DNA of 64,000 nt from the NCBI GenBank assembly GCA_951406725.2, contig OX597831.1:4526001-4590000 (forward strand). Direction: 5' to 3'. Origin of the DNA: Octopus vulgaris. Taxonomy: Eukaryota. Every line of letters begins with the position of its first letter. Positions within the stretch are counted from its first letter, which is position 1. Positions 51,860 to 64,000 of this stretch are shown piece by piece. The notes under the pieces were generated by a model. The model was not told where the DNA came from, ran no database searches, and saw only the letters and a list, made by a program, of their open reading frames with translations. Position numbers and translations under genes: made by a program.

Positions 51860-52880
51860 TGGCGGACAATTATCAACTAAATTTAGGAAAAAATCTCATT
51901 GATGCCTTTAGTCAATCCTTTAGACATCAAAATCACTGTTACTATTGATCTGCCAAAAATCGATATTGAAGTTGTTTCCCTAGATGCTCCTGCATTTAAA
52001 CTGTACCATAATGCCATAAGCCAAACGGCAAACTCTCCTACAAACAAACAGTCCTGTTACCCTCCCATGTAGTCTTTAAAAGCCTGATAGCTGATAGGAT
52101 TTCTAATCGCTCGTTGTCTAAGAAACAATTTGATAAGGCAGTCCCCTTCTATAATAATGCCCTAGTTAACAGCGGCTCCAAAGATATGATATATCATACT
52201 AAAACCCTCAAATGAAAATGTAGATCTCAAAATATACCTAAAAATAGACCTAGGAAAATAATGTGGTCTGGCCCCCACCGCTAACGTAGGCAAGACATTT
52301 ATCTATATTTTAGATAAACATTTCCCGTTAAACCACAAATATAAGATTTTTGACAAGCGCTCGATGTAAACATCATACAGCTGCTGCCCCAATATGAAGT
52401 TCATCATCACTCATAAACATCACCAACAGCACACTCCCATTAACTATCGAAACGCTGAAGCTTGTCCACTTGAGCAGGTGTGTACAATAAACTCCGTAGT
52501 GTATGAGTCAGAAGTCACAGCAACGCTTCAAGATAACCAAGCTGAAAAAAAATTACATCGGGTTATGCAAATGCGATTGCAAGAGACGTTATACAAACCA
52601 CCTATCTTCTTTCTGGACTTCGAAAGAAGGAACGCAACTAATTTTTCTAACCATGTATGGGGCTTGAAGACCAACTGTACAGCACATACAATCAAGTGGA
52701 GAATCGTAAAGAAATCTTTGTGATATGTCAAAGGATCTAAGAAATGCAACTTATGCATAGCTGAAAGATTGCATATTCTTTTTAGATCTGAGTATTCCAC
52801 CGCATTATTGAATTCCAGATTCGAAATTTTCAATAAATGCAAGCATATGGACAAATTTCTTTTGGTGAACTGGAGCCCAT
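51860..52880 (+). mobile_element. Penelope-like element fragment (RT thumb, linker, GIY-YIG endonuclease), pseudogenised
   Basis: FDKAVPFYNNAL, SYSCCPNM, CPL..C...SVVY, YIG..., RY.NH..SF, IKWRIV, CNLCIAE, LLNSR.E...C.H motifs across frameshifts. Confidence 0.85.
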
Positions 52881-53054
52881 CATCCTCTTCGGATTGAGAA
52901 GCTGTTTTGTTGAATTATTCTACATTTAAATAATTTATGGCTTTACAGTTAAACATGAAATAACTATAATTCTTTTTTTTCCCCGTTTTTATTTACCCTT
53001 CCACCCTTCTGTTTTTATTTACCTTCTTCCTGTGATTTCTATGTTTACTAGAAG

Positions 53055-53165
53055 TTACTAGGTTTACAAAGAATAAGTCCTGGAGTCGATTTGTTCGACT
53101 AAAACCCCCTTAAGGTGGTGCTCCAGCATGGCCACAGTTACATGACTGAAACAAATAAAAGAATA
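53055..53165 (+). mobile_element. SINE-A 3' fragment
   Basis: Family tail. Confidence 0.8.
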
Positions 53166-53612
53166 CTCATACACACACACGTTTATGTGCGCTGAAGGCA
53201 TAGCAGCCCCTTCTTGTGGTGACCAGTTTCATCTATTCGTAAAATTATCGACTGGGACATGCTGTCACATGATATGTGTATGTATGCATGTATGTGTATA
53301 CGTACATGTAGACATGTATGTGTGTACGTGGATTTATGCATATATGTGTATGTACATATGTATATGTATATATATATATATATATATATACACTTATATA
53401 TATATATGTATAATCCACACAGCCATGCTGGAGCACCACCACATTTAAGGCTTTCGTCAATCATATCTAACTGACGACAAATTTTCATTCTGGTGTTTAT
53501 TCCTTTGCACACTATTTGTCGAGCTACTAAGTTAAAATACATAAGTATCAGCTCTTGATTTTAAGCGGCTGAAACGTAAAACCATAAACACACACATACA
53601 CACACACGCACG

Positions 53613-53693
<81 letters not shown>

Positions 53694-54211
53694 GTGTGTG
53701 TTAGTGCCTCTGCGATTGTGTGCCTATCTTTGTTATTGTGTGTGTTTATGAACCCGTCGATTGCCAACTAATCTACATTCGCACTTTTCATAAACACTCT
53801 TTTAGCCTTCCTATGTAAATAATTGCCCCCTACGGCCTTGTTAAACTCTGCAAAACTGAACGAAATGAGTAAGAATAGATCAGTCCCTACTATTTTTGGC
53901 AGCTTTACAAGATTGACTGAAACATTTAGCTCTTCAGAAAGAAATCAGTTTAAAGTCTGCAAACCAGATCTGGTATAAAAAGTATATTCACTTTTCCGTG
54001 AGTAAAGTAGACCTATACAGGATGAACCGTCTGTAACCAAGTGAAACTAGTCGCGCAGTTCTTCAGTTTTCTCTGTAGGGACATACTGTAAGTATTAATC
54101 AAAAGGTCAAATTAAAATGGGACTAGATAATGTATTCATAATTTTTCTACATATCATATTGTCTTGGTAATTTGATTTAGCATATTTTGTCTTTTATTTG
54201 GTACAGTTATT

Positions 54212-54390
54212 AGGCTGCGGCCATGCGGAGTCACCAACTTGAAGAATGTTTTGTCGAATGAATCGACCCTAGTACTTATTTTAAAGTCTATTATTTAATC
54301 GTTCGGTCTCTTTAAGCCGAACCGCTACGATATCGGGACGTAAACAAACCAGCATCGGTTGTCAAGCGGTGATAGGAAACACACACAACA
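54212..54390 (-). mobile_element. SINE-A 3' half, diverged
   Basis: gccgaaccgcta...cagcatcggttgtcaagcg. Confidence 0.7.
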
Positions 54391-54472
54391 ATTAACCGTT
54401 GAAAGCAAAAGTAGATGGGATATTTTTTAATACACGTACAGATGTAAGGATGTATATATACGTATGTATATA

Positions 54473-54532
<60 letters not shown>

Positions 54533-54534
<2 letters not shown>

Positions 54535-54578
54535 GGCGGTGCCCCAGCATGGCCACAGCTCATAAGCTGAAACTAGAA
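54533..54578 (+). mobile_element. Extremely 5'-truncated CR1-like tail followed by (AATC)n
   Basis: atggcggtgccccagcatggccacagctcataagctgaaactag. Confidence 0.75.
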
Positions 54579-54597
54579 TCAATCAATCAATCAATCA

Positions 54598-54627
<30 letters not shown>

Positions 54628-54632
<5 letters not shown>

Positions 54633-54718
54633 CCAAGAAAAAAGCAACAAGAATGGATTAGTAGTTTAGTTTTGTACTAAACTACTAATCCATTCTTGTT
54701 GCTTTTTTCTTGGTTATA
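54628..54718. repeat. Perfect 43-bp inverted repeat with 5-nt spacer
   Basis: Arms 54628-54670 and 54676-54718. Confidence 0.95.
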
Positions 54719-54829
54719 ATCACCCCACATTATTTTATGGTTAATACCATAAAGATTTCTGGTGCATCTAAGTTAAGTACCACATTCATTTGAATTCATT
54801 GGAATTCACTTGAATCTTAATTGTTTTTG

Positions 54830-54881
<52 letters not shown>

Positions 54882-54927
54882 TATGTTATTATATGATTGA
54901 ACGCCACGCATCCTCTTCTAAGTAAGT

Positions 54928-54954
<27 letters not shown>

Positions 54955-54958
<4 letters not shown>

Positions 54959-55099
54959 GCTTCTTTCAGTTTCCGTCTATCAAGTCCACTCACAAGGCAT
55001 GGTCGGCCCGAGGCTATAGTAGAAAACATTTGCGCAAGGTGCCACGCAGTGGAACTGAACCCGTAACACAATGTGGTGGGGAAAAAAAGCTTCTTACCA
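54955..55099 (-). mobile_element. SINE-A 5' portion
   Basis: Family head. Confidence 0.8.
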
Positions 55100-55296
55100 C
55101 ACAGCCATGCCTGTGCCTATGTTCACTACAAATAATTCTCTCGTGAAAGTTGCCCAGCAAGAAATTGCAGAACCGTCTTTCTCGAATTACGAGAGATTAT
55201 CATTATCATATATGCATAATACTCTTTCATATACACACACATATAAACACAAACAAATAAACACACTGAAAAAAAAATGTGAAAATAATATATATA

Positions 55297-55653
55297 GGCG
55301 CAGGCGTGGTTTGTGGTAAGTAGCTTGCTAACCAACCACACGGTTGCGGGTTCAGTCCCACTGCGTGGCATCTTGGGCAACTGTCTTCTGCTATAGCCCC
55401 GGGCCGACCAATGCCTTGTGAGTGGATTTGGTAGACGGAAACTGAAAGAAGCCTGTCGTATATATGTATATGTGTGTTTGTGTGTCTGTGTTTGTCCCCC
55501 TAGCATTGCTTGACAACCGATGCTGGTGTGTTTATGTCCCCGTCACTTAGCGGTTCGGCAAAAAGAGACCGATAGAATAAGTACTAAAAGGTGGTGCTCC
55601 AGCATGGCCGCAGTCAAATGACTGAAACAAGTAAAAGAGAAAAGAGAAAGAGA
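55297..55653 (+). mobile_element. SINE-A
   Basis: Head to tail with a small internal deletion. Confidence 0.9.
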
Positions 55654-55656
55654 ATA

Positions 55657-55941
55657 GGCGCAGGAGTGGCTGTGTGGTAAGTAGTTTGCTTACCAACCAC
55701 GTAGTTCCGGGTTCAGTCCCACTGCGTGGCATCTTGGGCAAGTGCTTTTTACTATAGCTTCGGGCCGACCAAAGTTCGTGAGTGGATTTGGTTGACGGAA
55801 ACTAATAGAAGCCCGTCGTATATATATATATATATGTGTGTGTACATTTGTGTGTGTCTGTGTTTGTCCCCCCACCCCCCCACCCACCATCGCTTGACAA
55901 GCGATACCGGTGTTTTCAAATGACTGAAACAAATAAAAGAA
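55657..55941 (+). mobile_element. SINE-A, internally deleted
   Basis: Abuts the tail of the previous copy. Confidence 0.88.
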
Positions 55942-56043
55942 TGTAATTAATTGAAAATACGCATTAAGTACAAGACTTCGCCAGCGAGTGAAGAATACGT
56001 AAATACGCGAAGTTAATACCAAAAATATACATAAGAAGCGGGG

Positions 56044-56450
56044 CTCTTTTACTCTTCTACTTGTTTCAGTCATTTGACTGCGGCCATGCTGGAGCACCGC
56101 CCTTAATCGAGCAACTTGACCCCGGGACTTATTCTTTTGTAAGCCCAGTACTTATTCTATCGGTTTCTTTTGCCGAACCGCTAAGTGACGGGGACGTAAA
56201 CACACCAGCATCGGTTGTCAAGCAATGCTAGGGGGACAAACACAGACACACAAACATACACGCACACACACACACATATATATACATATATATACATATA
56301 TACGACGGGCTTCTTTCAGTTTCCGTCTACCAAATCCACTCACAAGGCTTCGGTCGTCCCGAGGCTATAGCAGAAGACACTTGCCCAAGGTGCCACGCAG
56401 TGGGACTGAACCCGGATCCATGTGGCTGGTAAGCAAGCTACTTGCCACAC
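56044..56450 (-). mobile_element. SINE-A, near full length
   Basis: Colinear with consensus. Confidence 0.9.
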
Positions 56451-56617
56451 TTCTTGCCTTTAAGGGTGTCGCGAAAGGTCAGGTTGAAGGCCCAAATTTC
56501 CGAGATCTTTCACAGCATTTTTAATCTGAGAGGGGAATATGTTGAATAAAATCATAATTAACTGATCCTCTTGTAATTTCTTTTATCTAAATCCAGGAAC
56601 TTTTCAACAGCCCCTTG
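56451..56617 (+). mobile_element. Mariner MITE (transposase C-terminus and right TIR)
   Basis: ctgagaggggaatatgttgaataa = LRGEYVE*; ccaggaacttttcaacagccccttg|TA. Confidence 0.75.
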
Positions 56618-56625
56618 TATACACA

Positions 56626-57026
56626 TTCTTTTTCTTCTTTCACTTGTTTTAGTCATATGACTCCGGCCATGCTGCAGCACAGCCTTCAGTCGAAGAAATC
56701 AATCCCAGGAATTTTTCTGTGTAAGCATAGTACTTATTCTATCTGTCTCTTTTGCCAAAACGCTAATGTTACGGGGACGTAAACACACCAACATCGGTTG
56801 TCAAGTGATGGGGGGGACAAACACACACACACACACACACACACATAGATGTATACATATATATATATATACGACGGGTTTCTTTCAGTTTCCGTCTACC
56901 AAATCCACTCACAAGGCTTTAGTCGGTTCAAATATACAGTAGAAGACACTTGCCGAAGGTGTCATGCGTTGGGACCGAACCCATAACCATGTTGTTGGTA
57001 AGCTGTGTTCTTACCACACAGCCATG
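56626..57026 (-). mobile_element. SINE-A, near full length
   Basis: Colinear with consensus. Confidence 0.88.
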
Positions 57027-57109
57027 TATATTCTACTAAATTCTTGGGTCTAATGATAAATTGTGTTAAAATATAATTAACATGAAAAGAAACATGTCTG
57101 TATATATAC

Positions 57110-57177
<68 letters not shown>

Positions 57178-57289
57178 GTGTATGTGTGTATGTGTGTGTG
57201 TGTGTGTGTGTGTAGACACACACGCGCGCATACACACACATGCACATATATAAAAACAAAACGAAGGCACGCACGTATAATGGCCTATC

Positions 57290-57341
<52 letters not shown>

Positions 57342-57344
57342 CAG

Positions 57345-57525
57345 TGGTATTTCGTCTGTCGTTACGTTCTGAGTTCAAATTCCGCCGAGGTCGACTTTGC
57401 CTTTCATCCTTTCGGGGTCGATGAATAAAGTACCAGTTTGCACTGGGGTCAATGTAATCGACTTAATCCGTTTGCCTGTCCTTGTTTGTCCCCTCTATGT
57501 TTAGCCCCTTGTGGGCAGAAAAGAA

Positions 57526-57526
<1 letters not shown>
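57345..57526 (+). mobile_element. Headless SINE-B monomer inside (TATC)n
   Basis: Starts at ggtatttcgtc and spans the same unit as the 5781 array. Confidence 0.9.
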
Positions 57527-57588
<62 letters not shown>

Positions 57589-57597
57589 GATCGATCG

Positions 57598-57653
<56 letters not shown>

Positions 57654-58003
57654 GTCTGTCTGTCTGACTGTCTGTCTGTCTGTTTGTCTGCCTGTTTGTC
57701 TGTTTGCCCGTCTCTCTGTCTATCAGTGTGTGCTGACGAATACATTTATATATTTAAACGAGAGCGATTGAAAGTTATTGTGAAGATTTAAAATTCCGAA
57801 CGGCATATCTCCTCTCTCAACTCTGAGGAACATTACATAGATTAATATGAAACCAATAGCAACGCCGAAACGTACATACAAAAATACATTGATACATACA
57901 TATAAACATACATACATACATTCATACATAAATACACACATGCAAGCATATATACATACCAACATAGATAGATAGATACATGCATATATATATATGTGTG
58001 TGC

Positions 58004-58046
<43 letters not shown>

Positions 58047-58296
58047 TGTATGTATAGCAGAGAAGGTACACGTACTTATCTACACACATACACACATGTA
58101 TGTTTGCATATATACACAAAAGCAAAGCAGAAATATATTCTGATAGATACATTGTGAACACATATTATATTCATATGCATCCATACATTCTAATTGGCTC
58201 ATATATTCTTATATATTCTTATTGGCTTATATACACTCACACACGCCAATATATATACATATATACATATATATATATGTATATATATACATACAT

Positions 58297-58362
<66 letters not shown>

Positions 58363-59051
58363 ATATATATATATGTGTGTGTGTGTTTGCATATATATAT
58401 ACATATATGCATACATGTATATATATATATATATGTTTATACATGCATATATGTGATCAGACTTATGTATATGTGCGTGAGCATGTATATATAGGTGGAT
58501 GCCCGCGCGTATTTTGTCATATGAATATTGCATATCATTAATATGTGTGCAGTTTTGTTTGAGTGATCCTGTGTATAATATGTATACACTTACATAGACG
58601 TGTACGTATTTAAATATATATATATAACTATTTATATTAGTATATACTTCTGTTTGTGCATAGACCCATTATGTAGGTGTTAAACAGATTAGTATATGCA
58701 GTTATATATACATTTAATGTACGTGGGTGTGTATATGTATGTATCTTTGAATGTGAGGGTATATAATTGTGGATGTGACTGTGTATATAATCGTATACAG
58801 TTTTATATTGGCTTATGTGTGTGTATGTGATTGTGTAGTTATTCTTTAATAATCACATATGCAAGCGTATATACCCAGTTCGAATTCATGTATGTACGTA
58901 CATACATACATACATATGCGTACATACACACATATATTTGTATGTGGACACAGCTTTATATATATATATATATATATATCTATATACATATATATCTCTC
59001 TCTACATTTATACATATATATATATACACATAAATGTATATAACATATAGC

Positions 59052-59103
<52 letters not shown>

Positions 59104-59555
59104 ACATGTATATATATATCTTAGATCGTGTCTGTATGTGCTCTGTAATGCTACATAAATCAAACGTCTCCTAGCAAAAATAAAGAAAACACGGCAATCA
59201 TAACAAACATGTTAAAAAAAGACAGAACAAAAAGCAATGTAACGTACAAAAGGAAACCATAAAGACACACAGACACAATCACGCACACACAAACACACAC
59301 AAACACACACACATGCATATAGTCAGATATACATACGCACATATGTAGACGTACATAGACCACGTCGAGAAGGCACTGTCAAGCAAACACATACTGAACG
59401 CGTGGACGCATACGCACGGAGAATAATATAACACAACCTTAACAACAAGCCATGCAAAATAAACATTCTCGAAAAGACGTTTTCTCTGCATTTCCTACAT
59501 CGCCCCCACCTCACTCTCTCTATCACTGCATGTCTTCCTGTGTATTCTTTCCTAC

Positions 59556-59597
<42 letters not shown>

Positions 59598-59695
59598 TAT
59601 CGCCATAGGTACATATACATATAGTCACACACACACACACATATATATATACTTACACACAAACTCATTTATATTTACATAGAGATGCATATATA

Positions 59696-59755
<60 letters not shown>

Positions 59756-59765
59756 GATATACAGA

Positions 59766-59808
<43 letters not shown>

Positions 59809-59865
59809 GTATATATATATGTATGTATATATATAAATATTTATATATATATATGTATATATATG

Positions 59866-59898
<33 letters not shown>

Positions 59899-60426
59899 GT
59901 GAATTTATATGAATATATATAGATATATAAGTATATATGTATGAATGTATAATTATGTACAGCAACAACAACAACAAAAACAACAACGACAACAACAACG
60001 ACAACAGCTATATCGAATCATATAAAGACTGCGAAGAAATATATCAAGCCAAGTAAAGAGTGAAAGACAAGAGCCACCCTCACCACCACCACCACCAGCA
60101 CCACCACCACCATCCCACTACCATCAACAACAACAACAGCTTCACTACCGCAACCTCCTTCTTCTCTCCTTCCTCCCTCCGCCTCCTCCTCATCGGACGA
60201 CCAAACTTATTTGAAGATCAATTTATATTCTGTATGCTTTGTACTCAGAAATCCAGCATGCCATATCACAGATTGGTAAATTTCTATTTGTTTTGAAATA
60301 GATAAAGCTATTTTATTACATATCTTCTATTACTTATTAATTCCACTTGTGGCGGTTTTATCTTCAGTCTCAATCCATATGTAACGTCCAAAATTCTACC
60401 TCCCTTTCTTTCTTCCTTTCTTTCTC

Positions 60427-60474
<48 letters not shown>

Positions 60475-60592
60475 TTCTTTCTTTTTTCTTTCTTTCGCCT
60501 TCTACTTCCCCTTACTCCTCTCTCTCTCTTCCTTTTCCTTCTACTTCTCTCTTTCCTTTTAGTTCTGCGTTTCTGAATATTTATTTTACTGC

Positions 60593-60623
<31 letters not shown>

Positions 60624-60717
60624 AACATGTATATAGATATATACACATATGTATATAGATATCTATTTACACACACACACATATATATGTATATATATAT
60701 TCATGCATAAATACATA

Positions 60718-60766
<49 letters not shown>

Positions 60767-60858
60767 CCTTATATATATATGTATGTTTATAAATATCTAT
60801 ATATATGTGTATATGTATACATGTAATATATAAATATATAAATATATATGTATACATG

Positions 60859-60900
<42 letters not shown>

Positions 60901-61060
60901 TTATATATATACGCATAAATATATACTCACGTATGTATGCCTGTATTTGTGGAATATATTTTTGATCTGTTTATTTCATATCTCGCAACTCATAAATACA
61001 CATATTAATATCATTATACACTCACATACATACACACACATATCAGTCCGCGCATATAAG

Positions 61061-61098
<38 letters not shown>

Positions 61099-61454
61099 AG
61101 TACACAGAGAAGTATATATGCATACATATATTTATATATACATGCGCGCAGCCAGCATATGCTGCATGTACCAATATACCGTGGTATTGAGATGAAATAT
61201 TTAATATATTACAGTTGATATTAGAAAAATGTTCCGTTTAGTTATCATGTACGATGGAATCAATGGTTTGATATCCGTCAAGTATGGTGGACAGTGTCAT
61301 ATCATTCTCCAGTTATATTGGATATTAATGTATTTATAATATATACAAACTATATCACCTGTTATCAATGCATTCACCAACTATGTCGTATTCTATTATC
61401 ATTAGCTTTATTTATTATTAGTTATAATATTACTCAACATTTCAACGAGACCTC

Positions 61455-61541
<87 letters not shown>

Positions 61542-61602
61542 CATCATCATTATTATTATTATCATCATCATCATCATCATCATCGTCATCATCATCATCA
61601 TT

Positions 61603-61800
61603 AAGGCGGTAAATTGGCCGAATCGTTTCTGTACCAGTCAGAAGGTTCAGTAACATTTCGTCCGGCTTTATGCTCTGAGTTTCAATTCTGCCGAGGTAGA
61701 CTTTGCCATTCAGCCTTTCGCTGTCAATAAATTAAATACCTGTGAAAGACTGATGTCGATGTAATCAACTAGGACTCTCCCACCAAATTTCATGCCAGAT
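61603..61800 (+). mobile_element. SINE-B, diverged
   Basis: Head and Nin-like domain between trinucleotide repeats. Confidence 0.75.
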
Positions 61801-61815
61801 TTATTATCATTATTA

Positions 61816-61878
<63 letters not shown>

Positions 61879-61880
<2 letters not shown>

Positions 61881-62436
61881 GAGTGAGAGAGCAGTGCATG
61901 CCATCAAAGTGACATTGGAGTACAAATATACAAAGCCCAGTATACCCATCCAGACAACCCGTCTGATAAGGGTACACTAGGCTCATGCATCACAAGCATA
62001 TGTGCGCGACATGGTGATCTCGTATCAAAATAAATAGCATGTGACCTTGCAGGTGAGGCCCAGTTAGAATTTTCTTCTGGTTGAGTAACCGATCCCGCTT
62101 AAAAGGTCCCTGAATAAGGATTGTCCAAGGATATTGAACGAAACACCCATGTTTCCAGAGGTGAATTATTCAAACCCCAAAGAATTCCTCTCAACACATG
62201 GCTATGATGCTCCCCCACTACTTCTGCTCGTGATCAGAGATGCACATATCGTCAGCCACTAAGGGACATGCTCAACTGGTTATGGTCAAACAAGTGACAA
62301 GCAAATCTGTGGTATTGAGCAGAATATTTGCTATAGCCCATCTTTTATACCAAGACAAAACAATGTACATGATAACACTTCCAATCAGTTAGGATCAGAA
62401 GCCACGAGAGCCACCGCCTGGTACTGCATCAGGGCA
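61879..62436. repeat. Non-coding dispersed repeat family I, apparently complete, within (ATT)n/(ATC)n
   Basis: Colinear with 34165-34600. Confidence 0.8.
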
Positions 62437-62439
62437 TAT

Positions 62440-62529
<90 letters not shown>

Positions 62530-62547
62530 TTATTTTATTTTTTTTTT

Positions 62548-64000
62548 CAGTAGTCTCATTTTCATCACGTTCTTTCACTGCACTACCGAACGCCACTCTG
62601 TGTACCTAGGGTATGAGCTGCGATTTGTTGTAATGTTCTTATTTTCACTTTATTAAAATTTATTTACGTAGGATGTGTGCAGTGCCTAGTAATGCAATTT
62701 TCTCTATGCTATATATACTTGTAAGTCCAGGTGTTTTTGTTATGTATTTGTCTGAATATTTTTTTATCATACCTAATACACCCACTATGATAGGAATTGT
62801 TTCTGTTTTTAAACACCACATTCGAGTTACCTCTATTTCCAGATATTTGTTTTTGAAACTTTCTTCGTTTGTTTTTGAGGAACATTGTCATCTGTTGGTA
62901 TTGATACATCGATTAGAAAGCATTTTTTTCTTAGTGATATCTGACAACTATATCCGGCCTATTAGCCCTAATTTCTCTATCTGTGGGTATTGGCGTATCC
63001 CAGAGTATGGTTGCGTTCTCATTTTCTGTGACCTTTTCTGACGTGTGCCATATAGTTTTTTTCTGTTGTTATTCCATACAGCTGGCATAGCTTCCAATGT
63101 ATATATGCCCCCAACTCTGTCCTTCTTAGCCAGGACTGGGCAGCCAGAGACAATAAAATCTTATGTTTTTTCATCGTCACCACATATTCTACACTTACTT
63201 GTATTTCTTTTCATTACGTGTTTTTCGTCTCTGCTTTGAGTCCTCAGCTTCTCGGCCATTATTGAGATTTTGTTTTGTCCATTTTTTTCTGTTAAGCTTA
63301 ACCCAGTATTTGCCACGTAGGGGCTTTTCTTGCCATCGTTCTATCATAATACGTTGCTGTCCTAGTTTTAGCTTGGATTTCAGTTGTTTTATAGCTTTAA
63401 TAGTTTCTTCTTTTTCTTCATAGCTGTTAAGTACTACGACTTCTTTTTTGTGTTTTTCAACTTCCTAAAAGACAGAAAACAGTTTTTGGTTTGTTCGTGT
63501 TTTGTGGGTATTTGTATTAATTTTCCATGCTTCTGAATTAGGTATTTCTATAGTCATATGGTGGTTATTTCGTAATAGTTTTCTAGATGTATAAGGCTTC
63601 TACCACCTTTGTCATATTTTAGATGGTGTATCCTAAACTCTGTCATTATTTTTCGTGTTTTCCTATCTATTTTGATTAGTTCATTTAGAGTCCAGTTAAG
63701 AATATTGTATTTGTAAGTTATAACTGGAGCGGTTAGAATGTTGATACTTATCTTGTTTTCGCATTGAGCTCTGTTTTCAGTATTAATCTAACTCGTCTAT
63801 ATTATTCCTTTTTTATCTTCTCTTTCATTTATGTGTTGCATCGTTTCTAGCTCATTGATTCCTAAGTATTTGTACGTTTGGCTTTGGTCTAATTCTCATA
63901 TTTCATTTGCTTTATCTAGTGTGATGCGGTTACTCTTAACTAGTTTTCTTCTTTTCAAGGTTGCTTTGGTGCATTTTACTAAGCCAAATTTCATGTTTAT
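62548..64000 (-). mobile_element. R4/Dong-like RLE LINE, 3' ~1.45 kb (RT C-terminus to endonuclease), runs off the window
   Basis: INMKFGLVKC, YKYLGI, NWTLNELIKIDRKTRK, ANRPDIV, PIIVGVLG motifs; 3' end in (TAA)n. Confidence 0.9.

Noticed and set aside
60060-60296. His-rich ORF
   Set aside because: Arises from (CAC)n/(CAA)n repeats; no homeobox or other domain follows

Overview
Eukaryotic non-genic (intronic or intergenic) DNA, AT-rich and saturated with microsatellites. The repeat families (tRNA-headed SINEs, R4/Dong-like RLE LINEs, Penelope-like elements) look like those of an octopod cephalopod; this is from recognition, not a database search. I find no supportable host protein-coding exon. 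Nearly all listed ORFs are microsatellite or SINE read-throughs. The window holds about 40 SINE copies from four head families (here A-D), 5'-truncated RLE LINEs stacked in (TAA)n, a CR1 3' end that shares its tail with SINE-A, a decayed Penelope RT/GIY-YIG fragment, mariner derivatives, two non-autonomous Helitrons and several foldback elements. The most notable signal is about 10 type-I hammerhead ribozyme (HHR) motifs of the minimal, palindromic-stem-III kind associated with Penelope-like elements, spread over several unrelated short repeat families. One looks fully intact (44128-44217). One carries a compensatory G3-C8 swap in the catalytic core (19316-19366, minus). Also notable are a 5x184-bp tandem array of headless SINE-B units with a junction reused elsewhere, and modular head/tail swapping among SINEs.
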